Part shown: piece after piece, positions 8,702 to 17,175 of the stretch | Layout: each line of letters opens with the position of its first letter | Numbering within the stretch: the first letter of the stretch is position 1 | Program-made: the position numbers and the translations under genes | Notes under the pieces: model-generated | Database searches by the model: none | Told to the model about the DNA's origin: nothing | Seen by the model: the letters and a program-made list of their open reading frames with translations, nothing else | Virus record (IMG/VR): IMGVR_UViG_3300044723_011986 | Coordinates: 1-54,750 of that record | Direction: 5' to 3' (one strand) | Length of the DNA: 54,750 bases | Source: a virus | Lineage: Duplodnaviria; Caudoviricetes

Positions 8702-9130
8702 TTACTTGATTTTGATTGTTGTCTTTTTAGACTTGACCACAGGTGGAATTCTTACTGTGAGCAAGCCGTCTGTAAAATCAGCTTCTGCCTTTGACATGTC
8801 TAACTGATTTTGGTGATCAACAAACGTTTTAGTAAAAGCACGACGCGCGATGCGTCTTGCGCTCCGACTGTCATCTTCATCTGTTTTAGTAGAAGAGATT
8901 GTAATCCGATTCTTGTCAGTCTCGACGCTCAAGCTATCTCGCGCAAAACCTGCAAGTGCCATCTGAATGACTTGAGTATCATCTTCTTCTCGCCAAATAT
9001 CCGTCAAGGGATATCCTTCTGTTGAATTTTTAACCCAGTGATCAGGTTCTGTAAAAAAGCTCTCGAAAAACTGGTCAAAAGCTCTGCTGCTCATAATTGC
9101 AGGTGTGGTTCTCATCATCAAACGTGTCAT
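8702..9130 (-). CDS. Small heat-shock protein Hsp20 (IbpA-like)
   Basis: GYPLTDI, MALAGF, IARRAFTKTF, ADFTDGLLTVRIP, C-terminal IKI. Confidence 0.93.
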   Translation of the reverse strand: MTRLMMRTTPAIMSSRAFDQFFESFFTEPDHWVKNSTEGYPLTDIWREEDDTQVIQMALAGFARDSLSVETDKNRITISSTKTDEDDSRSARRIARRAFTKTFVDHQNQLDMSKAEADFTDGLLTVRIPPVVKSKKTTIKIK

Positions 9131-9190
9131 ATCGTCCTCCTTATTTAAGCAAGTTTGATAGTATTTTGCGACCCATTAGGCGTCGCAAGT
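9131..9190 (-). promoter_or_regulatory. ROSE-like RNA thermometer 5'UTR
   Basis: Hairpin TTGCGAC/GTCGCAA then CTTGCTT-AAAT-AAGGAG pairing the SD with a bulged G. Confidence 0.65.
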
Positions 9191-9192
9191 AT

Positions 9193-9221
9193 AATATAGA
9201 CACTTTTTTTTAAGTGTACAC
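9193..9221 (-). promoter_or_regulatory. Putative promoter GTGTAC-N17-TATATT
   Basis: Recurring motif upstream of hsp20. Confidence 0.65.
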
Positions 9222-9232
9222 TACTTTTTAGA

Positions 9233-9766
9233 TTATTCGTCGTAAAAATTAGGCAGAACAGATCTGAGTGTGGGCACGCCTCTTCTAAGATTTTCTTCTT
9301 CTTCATCTCTCTTATGCTCTAGCTCTGCTGCATATAGATCCCACATAGCATCAAGATCATCATCGCTAGGAAGATTAGACAATCTAGCTGTGGTCAGCTT
9401 TCTTTGCAAATTTTCTTCTTCTGTTTCAGACGGAGGTAAATGATGAACAGGCACAAGACCGGCGTCTTCTAATTCACTATTTGTTACGTCTCCATCCGGA
9501 TCATGATCTTCTTCAAAGTCATCTTCTTCAAAATCTCTCCACGGGCCTTTAACAATAGACCCTTCGTTTAAATTCTGATTTAAACTTTTGCCTCCTGCGA
9601 TTTCCATTGCAGAAATAAAAGCAGCGCGCTCTGAATTTGTAAGCTGATCGTATACAGACGTGCTTGTTAAATCTTCAAGATTAGGAATAGGCTGATCTGT
9701 CATCGGTCTTGATGTATCAAGAAACTCATTTATGATTTTACGAAGTCTTTTTCTGCTAATTTTCAT
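9233..9766 (-). CDS. Acidic hypothetical protein, probable head-packaged
   Basis: MKISRKRLRKIINE signal. Confidence 0.75.
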   Translation of the reverse strand: MKISRKRLRKIINEFLDTSRPMTDQPIPNLEDLTSTSVYDQLTNSERAAFISAMEIAGGKSLNQNLNEGSIVKGPWRDFEEDDFEEDHDPDGDVTNSELEDAGLVPVHHLPPSETEEENLQRKLTTARLSNLPSDDDLDAMWDLYAAELEHKRDEEEENLRRGVPTLRSVLPNFYDE

Positions 9767-10020
9767 TAGTTTGCATGTCCTTCATACTCATCTGTGACGT
9801 AAATCTTGATTACTTCACCTGCTTTGATTTTAGCAGGATCTTTTATCTTGGGGTTTAACTTTGCGTTGTCTTCTACAGAAGTTCCGGGAGGAGAGTGCTT
9901 TTTTGTAATTTTACCTAAAGTATCTCCTTGACGTACTTTGTATTGCCCTACTTTCTTATCTCCTTCAAGCATAAGCGTTTCAATAATAATTTTTCTAAGT
10001 CTTCTTCTAGAAATTTTCAT
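9766..10020 (-). CDS. LysM-domain protein
   Basis: Likely start ATG 10020 (MKISRRRLRKIIIE); YKVRQGDTLGKI...LNPKIKDPAKIKAGEVIKI. Confidence 0.85.
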   Translation of the reverse strand: MKISRRRLRKIIIETLMLEGDKKVGQYKVRQGDTLGKITKKHSPPGTSVEDNAKLNPKIKDPAKIKAGEVIKIYVTDEYEGHAN

Positions 10021-10907
10021 TTTAACTCCTTGAGTATTTCTTCTATATCTAGGCCTGCACAATCAATTTTCTTGGTACTGCAGTGAAAGTGATTCATGAA
10101 TCCTTCAAACTTTCCACTTGCTGCATGAGAATCGTATGCCCATTTTTCTGAAGGAGATTCAAGTGGAATTCCGCATCCTTCGTGCATTGCTTTGTAAAGT
10201 GCCTTAAGTGCTTCGATTTGAACAGGATAAAACCAAGTAAAATCTTCCACTTTTCTGTTTTGAGCAAGCGCGCCACTCATAACTGGTCTCTCTCCAAATC
10301 CATTTCTTTTATACCAACTTTGATGCTTCAAGTAAAAAGCATTTGCAATCTCTACACCAACTCCTGATCTATTGACTTTTGAATTTCCAGCATGCCAACA
10401 TGCATCATTTAGGTCGTGAAGCTGAATGATTGTCCCATCATTGTCAATGCAGAAGTGAACTGACACGTTTCTTTTGGCAAGGACTTTTGCGCAAGACATG
10501 CTGTTTAGGCAAACATCCCAATGTGTAACAAAAGACTTGATGTCTCTCTTGCTAGAATATTTTGTCAATCCTTTGCTGATCGGGTAAGGAAAATCAGGAT
10601 CTTTAAAAGTATGAACCTTTTCAGAAGGCCAGTCAATTTTAATTGCTTTGTCGCCCCACCACAAAACATCAGAGTTGTCTGATATCCAGCCTAAATCTTT
10701 TGCATCTTCTAATGCTTCTCTTTCTGTAACAACAACCCTGTATGTCCCAGGTCCACAAAGGCCATCGGCAGTTAGTCCTCTTGCTGCTTGAAATTGTTTA
10801 ATTGATGCCGTTAATTTGTCATCAAAATTTGTGTGATTAGGAATAAACCAGTCAGGTTTCCATCCAAATCTTTTGGCTTGATTCTTGTTATATGTTTCTG
10901 CACTCAT
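10017..10907 (-). CDS. Endolysin-type N-acetylmuramoyl-L-alanine amidase with peptidoglycan-binding domain
   Basis: IKQFQAARGLTADGLCGPGT; VTHWD, SVHFCID.DGTI.Q, WHAG..N..GVEI; likely start ATG 10907. Confidence 0.88.
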   Translation of the reverse strand: MSAETYNKNQAKRFGWKPDWFIPNHTNFDDKLTASIKQFQAARGLTADGLCGPGTYRVVVTEREALEDAKDLGWISDNSDVLWWGDKAIKIDWPSEKVHTFKDPDFPYPISKGLTKYSSKRDIKSFVTHWDVCLNSMSCAKVLAKRNVSVHFCIDNDGTIIQLHDLNDACWHAGNSKVNRSGVGVEIANAFYLKHQSWYKRNGFGERPVMSGALAQNRKVEDFTWFYPVQIEALKALYKAMHEGCGIPLESPSEKWAYDSHAASGKFEGFMNHFHCSTKKIDCAGLDIEEILKELK

Positions 10908-10953
10908 AGCAATAAATATAGAATCCGGGGGCAATTAACCGAGATTATCTAAT

Positions 10954-12003
10954 TTAATCTTTTTTAAAATAATCTTGGAGATTTATCTCTCCAAGATTGT
11001 CACCACGCATATTTACTAGATATACAGGCTTGCTAATTCCTACTTCGTAAGCTTTTCTCCAATAATCTTCTGGCCATGGTCTTCCATTATTGAGGTGACA
11101 ATACCAACCTTCAATAGTCCAGTTGGCAACTAAAACTTCTTCGATATAACCTGCTTCGACATCATCTGCACTAAGAACAACATAGTTGATTATGTTGTTT
11201 AAATCTTCTTGCGAAAGTTCAGGTTCGGGATCGAGTCCTGCAGCAATTGCTCTTTTTCGTTTATGCTGATGAATTCTTTGCTTGAGGGCAAGCGTACTCT
11301 CGCTTCCTTGAACTCTTCCCGGTCCTGTTCGCTTTGGCAAGCCTGAATGTTTATAAGTGTCTCTTACAGTTTGGTCGGCCGCGCGAAGAGTTTGAGATGC
11401 TAAGTCGGCTCTGGAAGCAAATACAACGTGCCCTTTTAGTATCATTCCATAGCTAGAAGAATCTAGCTTACCATTGACGTAACCGTGGCACGACATAACA
11501 TCCTTATGCCTTTGATTTTCTTGAGATAGATATCCTTCTCTCGTTTCTTTGCTATCTGGAAATTTCATACCTAATGTATTTCCAAACATATTAGATGCTG
11601 CTGCACGATAATTTAAATCATGTACTAGTGTTACTTGGTTTTGAAAGAAAGATTGATCCGCATATTTTTGAAAAAGTTGCAATAGCTTTCTTTCTATTTC
11701 AACTTCTCTAAAAGACTGAATATTGTGTGCTCTTCTAGGTCCCGGCCCTTCTGGAACTTTGTCTGCATACCATTTTAAATTTGCATGTGCAGGTAATTCG
11801 CTTGGATCAATTGTTTGCTCAGCACCTTCAGGATCATACGGATTCCCTTCAGGATCGTATCTGTTTGTTTTTATGTAGCCGTATTCATCTTGAAGATCAC
11901 GCCATTGTTTTAGAAGCGGCATAAACTCATTCATGAAGTCCTGGTTTCTAGTTTCGTTTATAAACTTTCGCCAGTTTTCTAATATCAGCTTCATTTCACT
12001 CAT
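10954..12003 (-). CDS. Probable head-packaged protein with a domain shared with 40018-42180 (possible ADP-ribosyltransferase-like)
   Basis: MKLILENWRKFINE N-terminus; SGLPKR and EEVLVANW motifs. Confidence 0.6.
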   Translation of the reverse strand: MSEMKLILENWRKFINETRNQDFMNEFMPLLKQWRDLQDEYGYIKTNRYDPEGNPYDPEGAEQTIDPSELPAHANLKWYADKVPEGPGPRRAHNIQSFREVEIERKLLQLFQKYADQSFFQNQVTLVHDLNYRAAASNMFGNTLGMKFPDSKETREGYLSQENQRHKDVMSCHGYVNGKLDSSSYGMILKGHVVFASRADLASQTLRAADQTVRDTYKHSGLPKRTGPGRVQGSESTLALKQRIHQHKRKRAIAAGLDPEPELSQEDLNNIINYVVLSADDVEAGYIEEVLVANWTIEGWYCHLNNGRPWPEDYWRKAYEVGISKPVYLVNMRGDNLGEINLQDYFKKD

Positions 12004-12042
12004 GCTATTAAATATCTGCTTACGTAAGAAATTTATTAAAAA

Positions 12043-12476
12043 TGGTGGACCTGTCGGGAGTCGAACCCGATTCCGCAGCAGTCTTAGTTTGAGTCATTCA
12101 CAAGCTTGTTTCATTTACTGTCACAAATGAAAAAAGATAGCCGGTTTTCCCTGCGCTTACCGACCTGTTGCGCTCCACCAATATTGATCTGACTGTCCTA
12201 GCAATTTCTCTCTAAGTGCCACCAGATTGTACGATTTAAGCCTGTCTGTCTAACCACCGCAGCAATATTGGGTAACCATTTTGATTTTTACAACTTATCT
12301 GTTGTTTTGCTTAAATTGGATAGATGGCTTTAAGCGGCCACCCAATCACGCCGCGAGTGCGACTGCGTCGAAGTGTGTGTTGTTGTTTGCAACTATTGTT
12401 TTTGAACTTTTAAGGATGTATCTTTCCTGCTTGCACTCTCCCCTTGATTCTACCCCGTCGAAACCATTTCAGGCCC
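12043..12476 (-). ncRNA. ssrA: tmRNA; tag peptide ANNNTHFDAVALAA (12390-12346)
   Basis: 5' GGGCCTG pairs with 3' CAGGTCC-ACCA with a G3:U wobble; T-arm GGTTCGACTCC; ATAGTT-GCA resume context; tag ends LAA-stop. Confidence 0.96.
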
Positions 12477-12827
12477 TTATTTATATAAGTACTGTGTAAG
12501 TATAATCATAAACGCTAAGAATGTACAAATCAATGTCTTTTGAGTAAACATTGACTCTCCTAAGTAAAACCACGTCATGATAGGAAATGTTAAGTACGAT
12601 AACGAAAAGGCGATAAATCTGCTTGTCCAGAGCTCACCTGTGGCTGCCATAAAAAATTTAGTAGCGTACCAGTAGGCAAAACCACAGGGAACTCCAAAAA
12701 CTATATTTGAAAGAATTGGACGATCTTTCCAAAACTCATAAACAAACTGTAGATTGTGTGTGTACCAAGCGAGAATATGACCTGTAACGACAAGCAAGAC
12801 ACCGTACACAATGTTAGAATTAAGCAT
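12477..12827 (-). CDS. Small multi-pass membrane protein (DMT/SMR-like size)
   Basis: About four hydrophobic helices in 116 aa. Confidence 0.7.
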   Translation of the reverse strand: MLNSNIVYGVLLVVTGHILAWYTHNLQFVYEFWKDRPILSNIVFGVPCGFAYWYATKFFMAATGELWTSRFIAFSLSYLTFPIMTWFYLGESMFTQKTLICTFLAFMIILTQYLYK

Positions 12828-12855
12828 GCCTTAAATATTCTCCAGATATATTTGT

Positions 12856-13041
12856 TCATTCAAATGAAACGTGTTCTTTTAAAATGTTATCAATTTGAAC
12901 AATAGTCCAATGAATTTTGGCTGCATGATCGATTTCTTTAATCAAAGCATTTTTATTTGACTTGTAGTCTCTTAACTTTTGATAGTCATCAATGAGTTGT
13001 TTTCTTAAGTTTAGTAATTTATCTAAGTCTGATCTATCCAT
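12856..13041 (-). CDS. Hypothetical protein
   Basis: 61-aa ORF overlapping upstream stop. Confidence 0.65.
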   Translation of the reverse strand: MDRSDLDKLLNLRKQLIDDYQKLRDYKSNKNALIKEIDHAAKIHWTIVQIDNILKEHVSFE

Positions 13042-13621
13042 TTTTTATTCCTTCTAAAAACCATTTAGGCGTAGAAGCTCTTGGCTCCCACTTAGCAAAT
13101 CTTACTTTATCTTTAATATAATAATTTTTATAAGACTCAACGACATCTACTATACCGGGTTGCCTATAAACTTTATACTCATCTTTCATACAGACAGGAA
13201 AGTCTGTTAAACAACCGGTGCTTATATTAAGTGGAAAGTTTTTTGTCAACCACTTGGCTTCTACTTCTGTTTTATGTTTTTTACCATAACGACGTGTATA
13301 TTCTATCAACAAAGACTGACAGAGACTTAACTGCCAAGCATAGTTTGAAATATTTTCAGCTGTCCAAACTGTGCACGGGTGTCGCAAATGAGACATTTTC
13401 CAAGGCGGCTGCAATTCTTTCGGTGTATTTTCATAAGCCCACTGCTGAGCATCACGGATTCTTTTAAAATCTTTAAGTGTTTTTCCTTCTGATTTAAGAA
13501 GATGCAACCAGTGTGCAGCACAAAGCATTTGAGCACTTTCTAAAATCATTTTTACAACGTGCTTGTTGCAATGAAATCTTGCTGCTTCCTTTGGGTCAAG
13601 AGAAAGTATAAAGGTATTCAT
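13034..13621 (-). CDS. Pyrimidine-dimer DNA glycosylase (DenV-like) family protein
   Basis: MNTFILSLDP...HCNKHVVKMILESAQML, HPCTVW, EYTRRYGKKH. Confidence 0.8.
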   Translation of the reverse strand: MNTFILSLDPKEAARFHCNKHVVKMILESAQMLCAAHWLHLLKSEGKTLKDFKRIRDAQQWAYENTPKELQPPWKMSHLRHPCTVWTAENISNYAWQLSLCQSLLIEYTRRYGKKHKTEVEAKWLTKNFPLNISTGCLTDFPVCMKDEYKVYRQPGIVDVVESYKNYYIKDKVRFAKWEPRASTPKWFLEGIKNG

Positions 13622-13626
13622 TAGAC

Positions 13627-14415
13627 CTACGCAGAGCCTCCTAGAATTAACAGTTCAATAATCTTTGCAGTAACCAATGGGTCGGTTGTTGCGTAACTCT
13701 GGGTGTCATCTCCGTCCTTTAAAAGGGCATAGAGTTCATAATCGTTTCCGCCTTTTTCACAAGAGTCACCGACAAAAATAATTTCTTTAAAATCTTCTAG
13801 ATGTTTTAAAACATATGTTTTGTCCCAACCATTTGGAAATATATCAAAGCTTGTAGATCCACCTAACGCTACCTGCAATGACATATTCTTTTTAGCAATA
13901 GCATCATTGATAAAGTCAACGTAATAATCTCTAATTTTTTCTTTTTTATCAGCTTCGATCCATGCTGCTCTTTCTTTGTCACCTGCAGAACGACCAACTG
14001 GACACCAGTTTAGCATAGATCCTCTGTAGTCAAAAAAAGTGCCTGTATAGGGAAGCTCATGCTTTACAGAAATCAAAAGCTGCGCTGAAAATAAAGTTTG
14101 CAAAAGATATCTGTAATTTTCTTCACCTATCTCACTAATCATGTCAGATTCGTAAATACATTCAAACTGATTATTCAGCCACCTGTAGTACTTAGTTCCG
14201 TTACAGGGAAAGAAATGTAGCTTTCTTAGATTTAAACCACCGATATCAAGCGCCGGCCTAATTTGCTGATTGACATATTCAAAGTCAGATCCTGTAACAA
14301 TTCCGATTTCGTATTCTTTTTCAAGCTGTCTAAGCGCTCTAATAACTTCGGAATTAATTTCTTTTCTAGGCGGAGTTAGAGTTCCGTCCATATCAAACAA
14401 AGCAATTTTACGCAT
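13627..14415 (-). CDS. HAD-IIB phosphomannomutase (PMM1/PMM2-type)
   Basis: FDMDGTLTPPR, IVTGSD, RGSMLNWCPVGR, GGSTSFDIFPNGWDK, GDSCEKGGNDYE. Confidence 0.9.
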   Translation of the reverse strand: MRKIALFDMDGTLTPPRKEINSEVIRALRQLEKEYEIGIVTGSDFEYVNQQIRPALDIGGLNLRKLHFFPCNGTKYYRWLNNQFECIYESDMISEIGEENYRYLLQTLFSAQLLISVKHELPYTGTFFDYRGSMLNWCPVGRSAGDKERAAWIEADKKEKIRDYYVDFINDAIAKKNMSLQVALGGSTSFDIFPNGWDKTYVLKHLEDFKEIIFVGDSCEKGGNDYELYALLKDGDDTQSYATTDPLVTAKIIELLILGGSA

Positions 14416-14839
14416 TATTTTCTCCTTTTAAAAGCCAAGATGAAGATTGAATTTTATCTCCGAGGCCGTCAATTAATTTAATTCTCAATTCTTCACAAAC
14501 AGGTTTTTCAGGAATTGTATCATTGTTTTGATCTCCGCCATTTGCAAAAAAGAGATCGTACTGTCCTTTAAGCATATTTGCAATTACTCGAAGTGTTTCG
14601 CAAACTGTTCTATCTTTGTCGCAGGATATCATAACGTGATCGACGCCTTTGATATTAGAAACAATAAACTCACGTTCTTCTTCATTCATAAAGGGTTTTG
14701 ACCCTTTTAGTTCGCGTTGAAAATCGCTATTCACGATAACTAAGAGCGCATCTCCATGCATTCTTGCATTCTGAAAATACTCTATGTGACCTTTGTGAAT
14801 TGGATTAAAATACCCAGACACAATAATCAATTTTTGCAT
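14408..14839 (-). CDS. Cytidylyltransferase-family nucleotidyltransferase
   Basis: SGYFNPIHKGH HIGH motif, FANGGD, KIQSSSW. Confidence 0.85.
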   Translation of the reverse strand: MQKLIIVSGYFNPIHKGHIEYFQNARMHGDALLVIVNSDFQRELKGSKPFMNEEEREFIVSNIKGVDHVMISCDKDRTVCETLRVIANMLKGQYDLFFANGGDQNNDTIPEKPVCEELRIKLIDGLGDKIQSSSWLLKGENNA

Positions 14840-14857
14840 AACTTCTCCCGTCTGGTT

Positions 14858-14886
14858 AATATATTATGCTATTTTATTATTTACAC
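14858..14886 (-). promoter_or_regulatory. Putative promoter GTGTAA-N17-TATATT
   Basis: Recurring motif. Confidence 0.65.
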
Positions 14887-14891
14887 AGCTT

Positions 14892-15599
14892 TTAGCGTGC
14901 CCACCAAGCTTCAACGTCTTGAATGTTGGTAAACCCTTCGTCTTCATGAGGTCTTTCATAGCCACCAATCATTCTGTCAAAAGCGACTCCAGGAATTGTT
15001 TTCTTCATTCCTGTTTCTTCAAATTCTCTTTGAGATCTTTCTGCTGAAGATTTTTTAAGAAATTCAACATCATCATTCCAACCAAAATTAATTGCGACCA
15101 GATCAAAGTTAGAAATATCTCCTAGCTTTTGTATTGCAAATTTTCTAGATCCTTTATTCATATTAGTCAAATCTAATACGATATCTGTTCCCATAGAAGT
15201 TGCACTTGCATAACGCTGCTCGAGTCTTTTCTGTGCTTCAACTTCTGCATCATTGACAACTTTATATGCTTTTGGCATCCATTTTTTCCAAACAAGCTGC
15301 TGGTCAATAATAGGACCCCATCTTGGATGAACAAAGCTTGGATCAAAGTCTGGATTAGGAGATCCGTCTCTGTTTGTAGGCTGCGGAGGATATTCAAACA
15401 TATCGTCGTATGTCATTCCGCGTTCTCTTGCAACTTCAATTGAAATTTCATCGCTGCTAATAACAAAAGACCCGGGGGCATTTTCCTTAATCCACGTAGA
15501 CTTTCCAACAGCAGGTGGCCCTACAAGAACATAAATTTTCTTTTTTTGACGATCCTGTTCATTTAAAAAATTACGCCACTCTTTCATAATTTCTTTCAT
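14892..15599 (-). CDS. P-loop kinase (polynucleotide-kinase/AAA_33-like)
   Basis: Likely start MKEIMKEWRNFLNE; LVGPPAVGKST, ISSD, IVLDLTNM...R. Confidence 0.8.
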   Translation of the reverse strand: MKEIMKEWRNFLNEQDRQKKKIYVLVGPPAVGKSTWIKENAPGSFVISSDEISIEVARERGMTYDDMFEYPPQPTNRDGSPNPDFDPSFVHPRWGPIIDQQLVWKKWMPKAYKVVNDAEVEAQKRLEQRYASATSMGTDIVLDLTNMNKGSRKFAIQKLGDISNFDLVAINFGWNDDVEFLKKSSAERSQREFEETGMKKTIPGVAFDRMIGGYERPHEDEGFTNIQDVEAWWAR

Positions 15600-15600
15600 T

Positions 15601-16014
15601 TTATCCGACACCTTCAAAAGCTGAAGTTCCGTCAACGGAACCGGTTAGAACAGGAAACTCATTTGACTCAATTGTTGATAAACCCGCCACCAAACTAAAG
15701 CTGCAATTTCCAGCACCGTCATTACGGAAAAACAAAGACTTGCATCTTAATTCTAGTCTAGGCGTCATGTCATTTCCTGACAAGACTAAGTAGTTTGCTG
15801 TAATATCCGCATCAACACCGTCAGCTGTAAAACCTATTCGCATAGGATTTGCTGATGTATTTTGGACCATAAAAAATCTTGTCACATAAGGAAAAGTTAT
15901 TTCTATAGGATCGGTTTGTACTTCTCCTCCTGCTGAGGATGTGACAAAAGGCACACCTGATAACTGATATGCTGGTACAGAATTAGCGCCTGCTTTTGGA
16001 TGATTAATAGCCAT
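15601..16014 (-). CDS. Probable virion structural protein
   Basis: Beta-rich 137 aa, YQLSGVPFVTSS, FPYVTR. Confidence 0.55.
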   Translation of the reverse strand: MAINHPKAGANSVPAYQLSGVPFVTSSAGGEVQTDPIEITFPYVTRFFMVQNTSANPMRIGFTADGVDADITANYLVLSGNDMTPRLELRCKSLFFRNDGAGNCSFSLVAGLSTIESNEFPVLTGSVDGTSAFEGVG

Positions 16015-16226
16015 TAGTTTATCTCCTGATCATAATCTTTGTTTTGCACAGTCGTCATCATAATTGTTTTCAACTCTTTAGACGCATCTTCAAAATCTTT
16101 TAAGACTAAAGCAAATTCTTCTAAAGTCATTGAAATGGTAATTCTATCAATTTGAACAACTATTTCACCAGATTCTGCATCATAAACAGACAATTGTGAT
16201 AATGGGTATAGATTATTTAATTGCAT
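16014..16226 (-). CDS. Hypothetical protein
   Basis: 70-aa ORF in co-directional run. Confidence 0.65.
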   Translation of the reverse strand: MQLNNLYPLSQLSVYDAESGEIVVQIDRITISMTLEEFALVLKDFEDASKELKTIMMTTVQNKDYDQEIN

Positions 16227-16398
16227 CTATACTATCTATGTACCACTCCTCTAAAGATCCTTCGCATAGAATGATAAAAAAATCTTTATGCATCTTCGAC
16301 GGACTTATCAGCAGCCCCTGCTTCTTGTGAATCCTGTGCTGGACGAGAAACTTTTGTTCTTCTTTTTCTTCTTTTGTGTTTGACAGGTTTTTCTTCAT
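16213..16398 (-). CDS. Hypothetical protein (overlaps 16286-16609; start uncertain)
   Basis: 61-aa ORF fills the gap to the next gene. Confidence 0.45.
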   Translation of the reverse strand: MKKNLSNTKEEKEEQKFLVQHRIHKKQGLLISPSKMHKDFFIILCEGSLEEWYIDSIDAIK

Positions 16399-16609
16399 TA
16401 GAAGAGGCCTCTTTTGCTTCTTCTATTTTAGGCTTAACTTCTTCTTTTTGTAAAACTACTAAGTCAAACTCTTCTTTTGCGATAGGTGTACATCCTCTTC
16501 TTCTACAGTAATCTAAAATCTCTTCATAAGACTTTATATTTGATTGCAAGATAAATTTTTCTAAACTTGATCTTTTTCTTTTTAGATAATCTTTTAAATT
16601 AATTGACAT
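16286..16609 (-). CDS. Hypothetical protein
   Basis: AGGAG RBS; basic C-terminus. Confidence 0.65.
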   Translation of the reverse strand: MSINLKDYLKRKRSSLEKFILQSNIKSYEEILDYCRRRGCTPIAKEEFDLVVLQKEEVKPKIEEAKEASSNEEKPVKHKRRKRRTKVSRPAQDSQEAGAADKSVEDA

Positions 16610-16895
16610 CTTGACTCCTTTGAATATTAAGATTTAAATAGAATGTTTCTATATTAAATATACTCTTCAAAACTTCTTTTGAGTCAGGTCCCCATATGTC
16701 TTCCACACTCAAGAGCAAGATCGTGATGTCATCTTTAGTCATCTGTGTTCTGTTTGGATTATTTAAATAGTCTATTACATGCTTGACTAGTTTTGAAAAT
16801 TGCTCTTCATCCCAACCTACTGACTCCAAAAGTTCAGTTTGATGATGGAATCCTAGAAGATCTTCAGGAGTCAGAGGTTGGAACGTAGTTTTCAA
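16599..16895 (-). CDS. Hypothetical protein
   Basis: TTG start with GAGGAG RBS, coupled to upstream stop. Confidence 0.7.
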   Translation of the reverse strand: MKTTFQPLTPEDLLGFHHQTELLESVGWDEEQFSKLVKHVIDYLNNPNRTQMTKDDITILLLSVEDIWGPDSKEVLKSIFNIETFYLNLNIQRSQDVN

Positions 16896-17173
16896 TCGAT
16901 ATCTCCTCTCATGAACTGAATAACAGCATCTTGAAAACGTGGGTCTTTTGCAATTCTTGTAATTTCTTTATCATCGCAATCTACACCATAGACAGTTACC
17001 ACATCCTGTGCAATCTTTTTAAGTGCATTGACAAAAACATTACGGGCTGTTGAGTGATTCATCTTGTGACCTTTTTCAGTCATCTTGTTTGAAATATTAT
17101 GATAGGAATCTCCTCCCAAACTTTTGCTTGTTGAGTATCCAGAATCCATCTTGTGTCCCTTAGGCATCGGCAT
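16892..17173 (-). CDS. Helix-turn-helix protein resembling a detached sigma region 4.2
   Basis: DSYHNISNKM...MNHSTARNVFVNALKKI parallels TLEEIG...VTRERIRQIE.KALRKL; starts 2 nt after sigma stop. Confidence 0.55.
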   Translation of the reverse strand: MPMPKGHKMDSGYSTSKSLGGDSYHNISNKMTEKGHKMNHSTARNVFVNALKKIAQDVVTVYGVDCDDKEITRIAKDPRFQDAVIQFMRGDID

Positions 17174-17175
17174 TT

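Noticed and set aside
9166-9188. CIRCE operator upstream of hsp20
   Set aside because: Inverted repeat with 9-nt spacer, but arms TTGCGAC do not match TTAGCACTC; better read as an RNA hairpin
12281-12499. Plus-strand 72-aa ORF (and 11933-12130)
   Set aside because: Antisense to the tmRNA; no coding features
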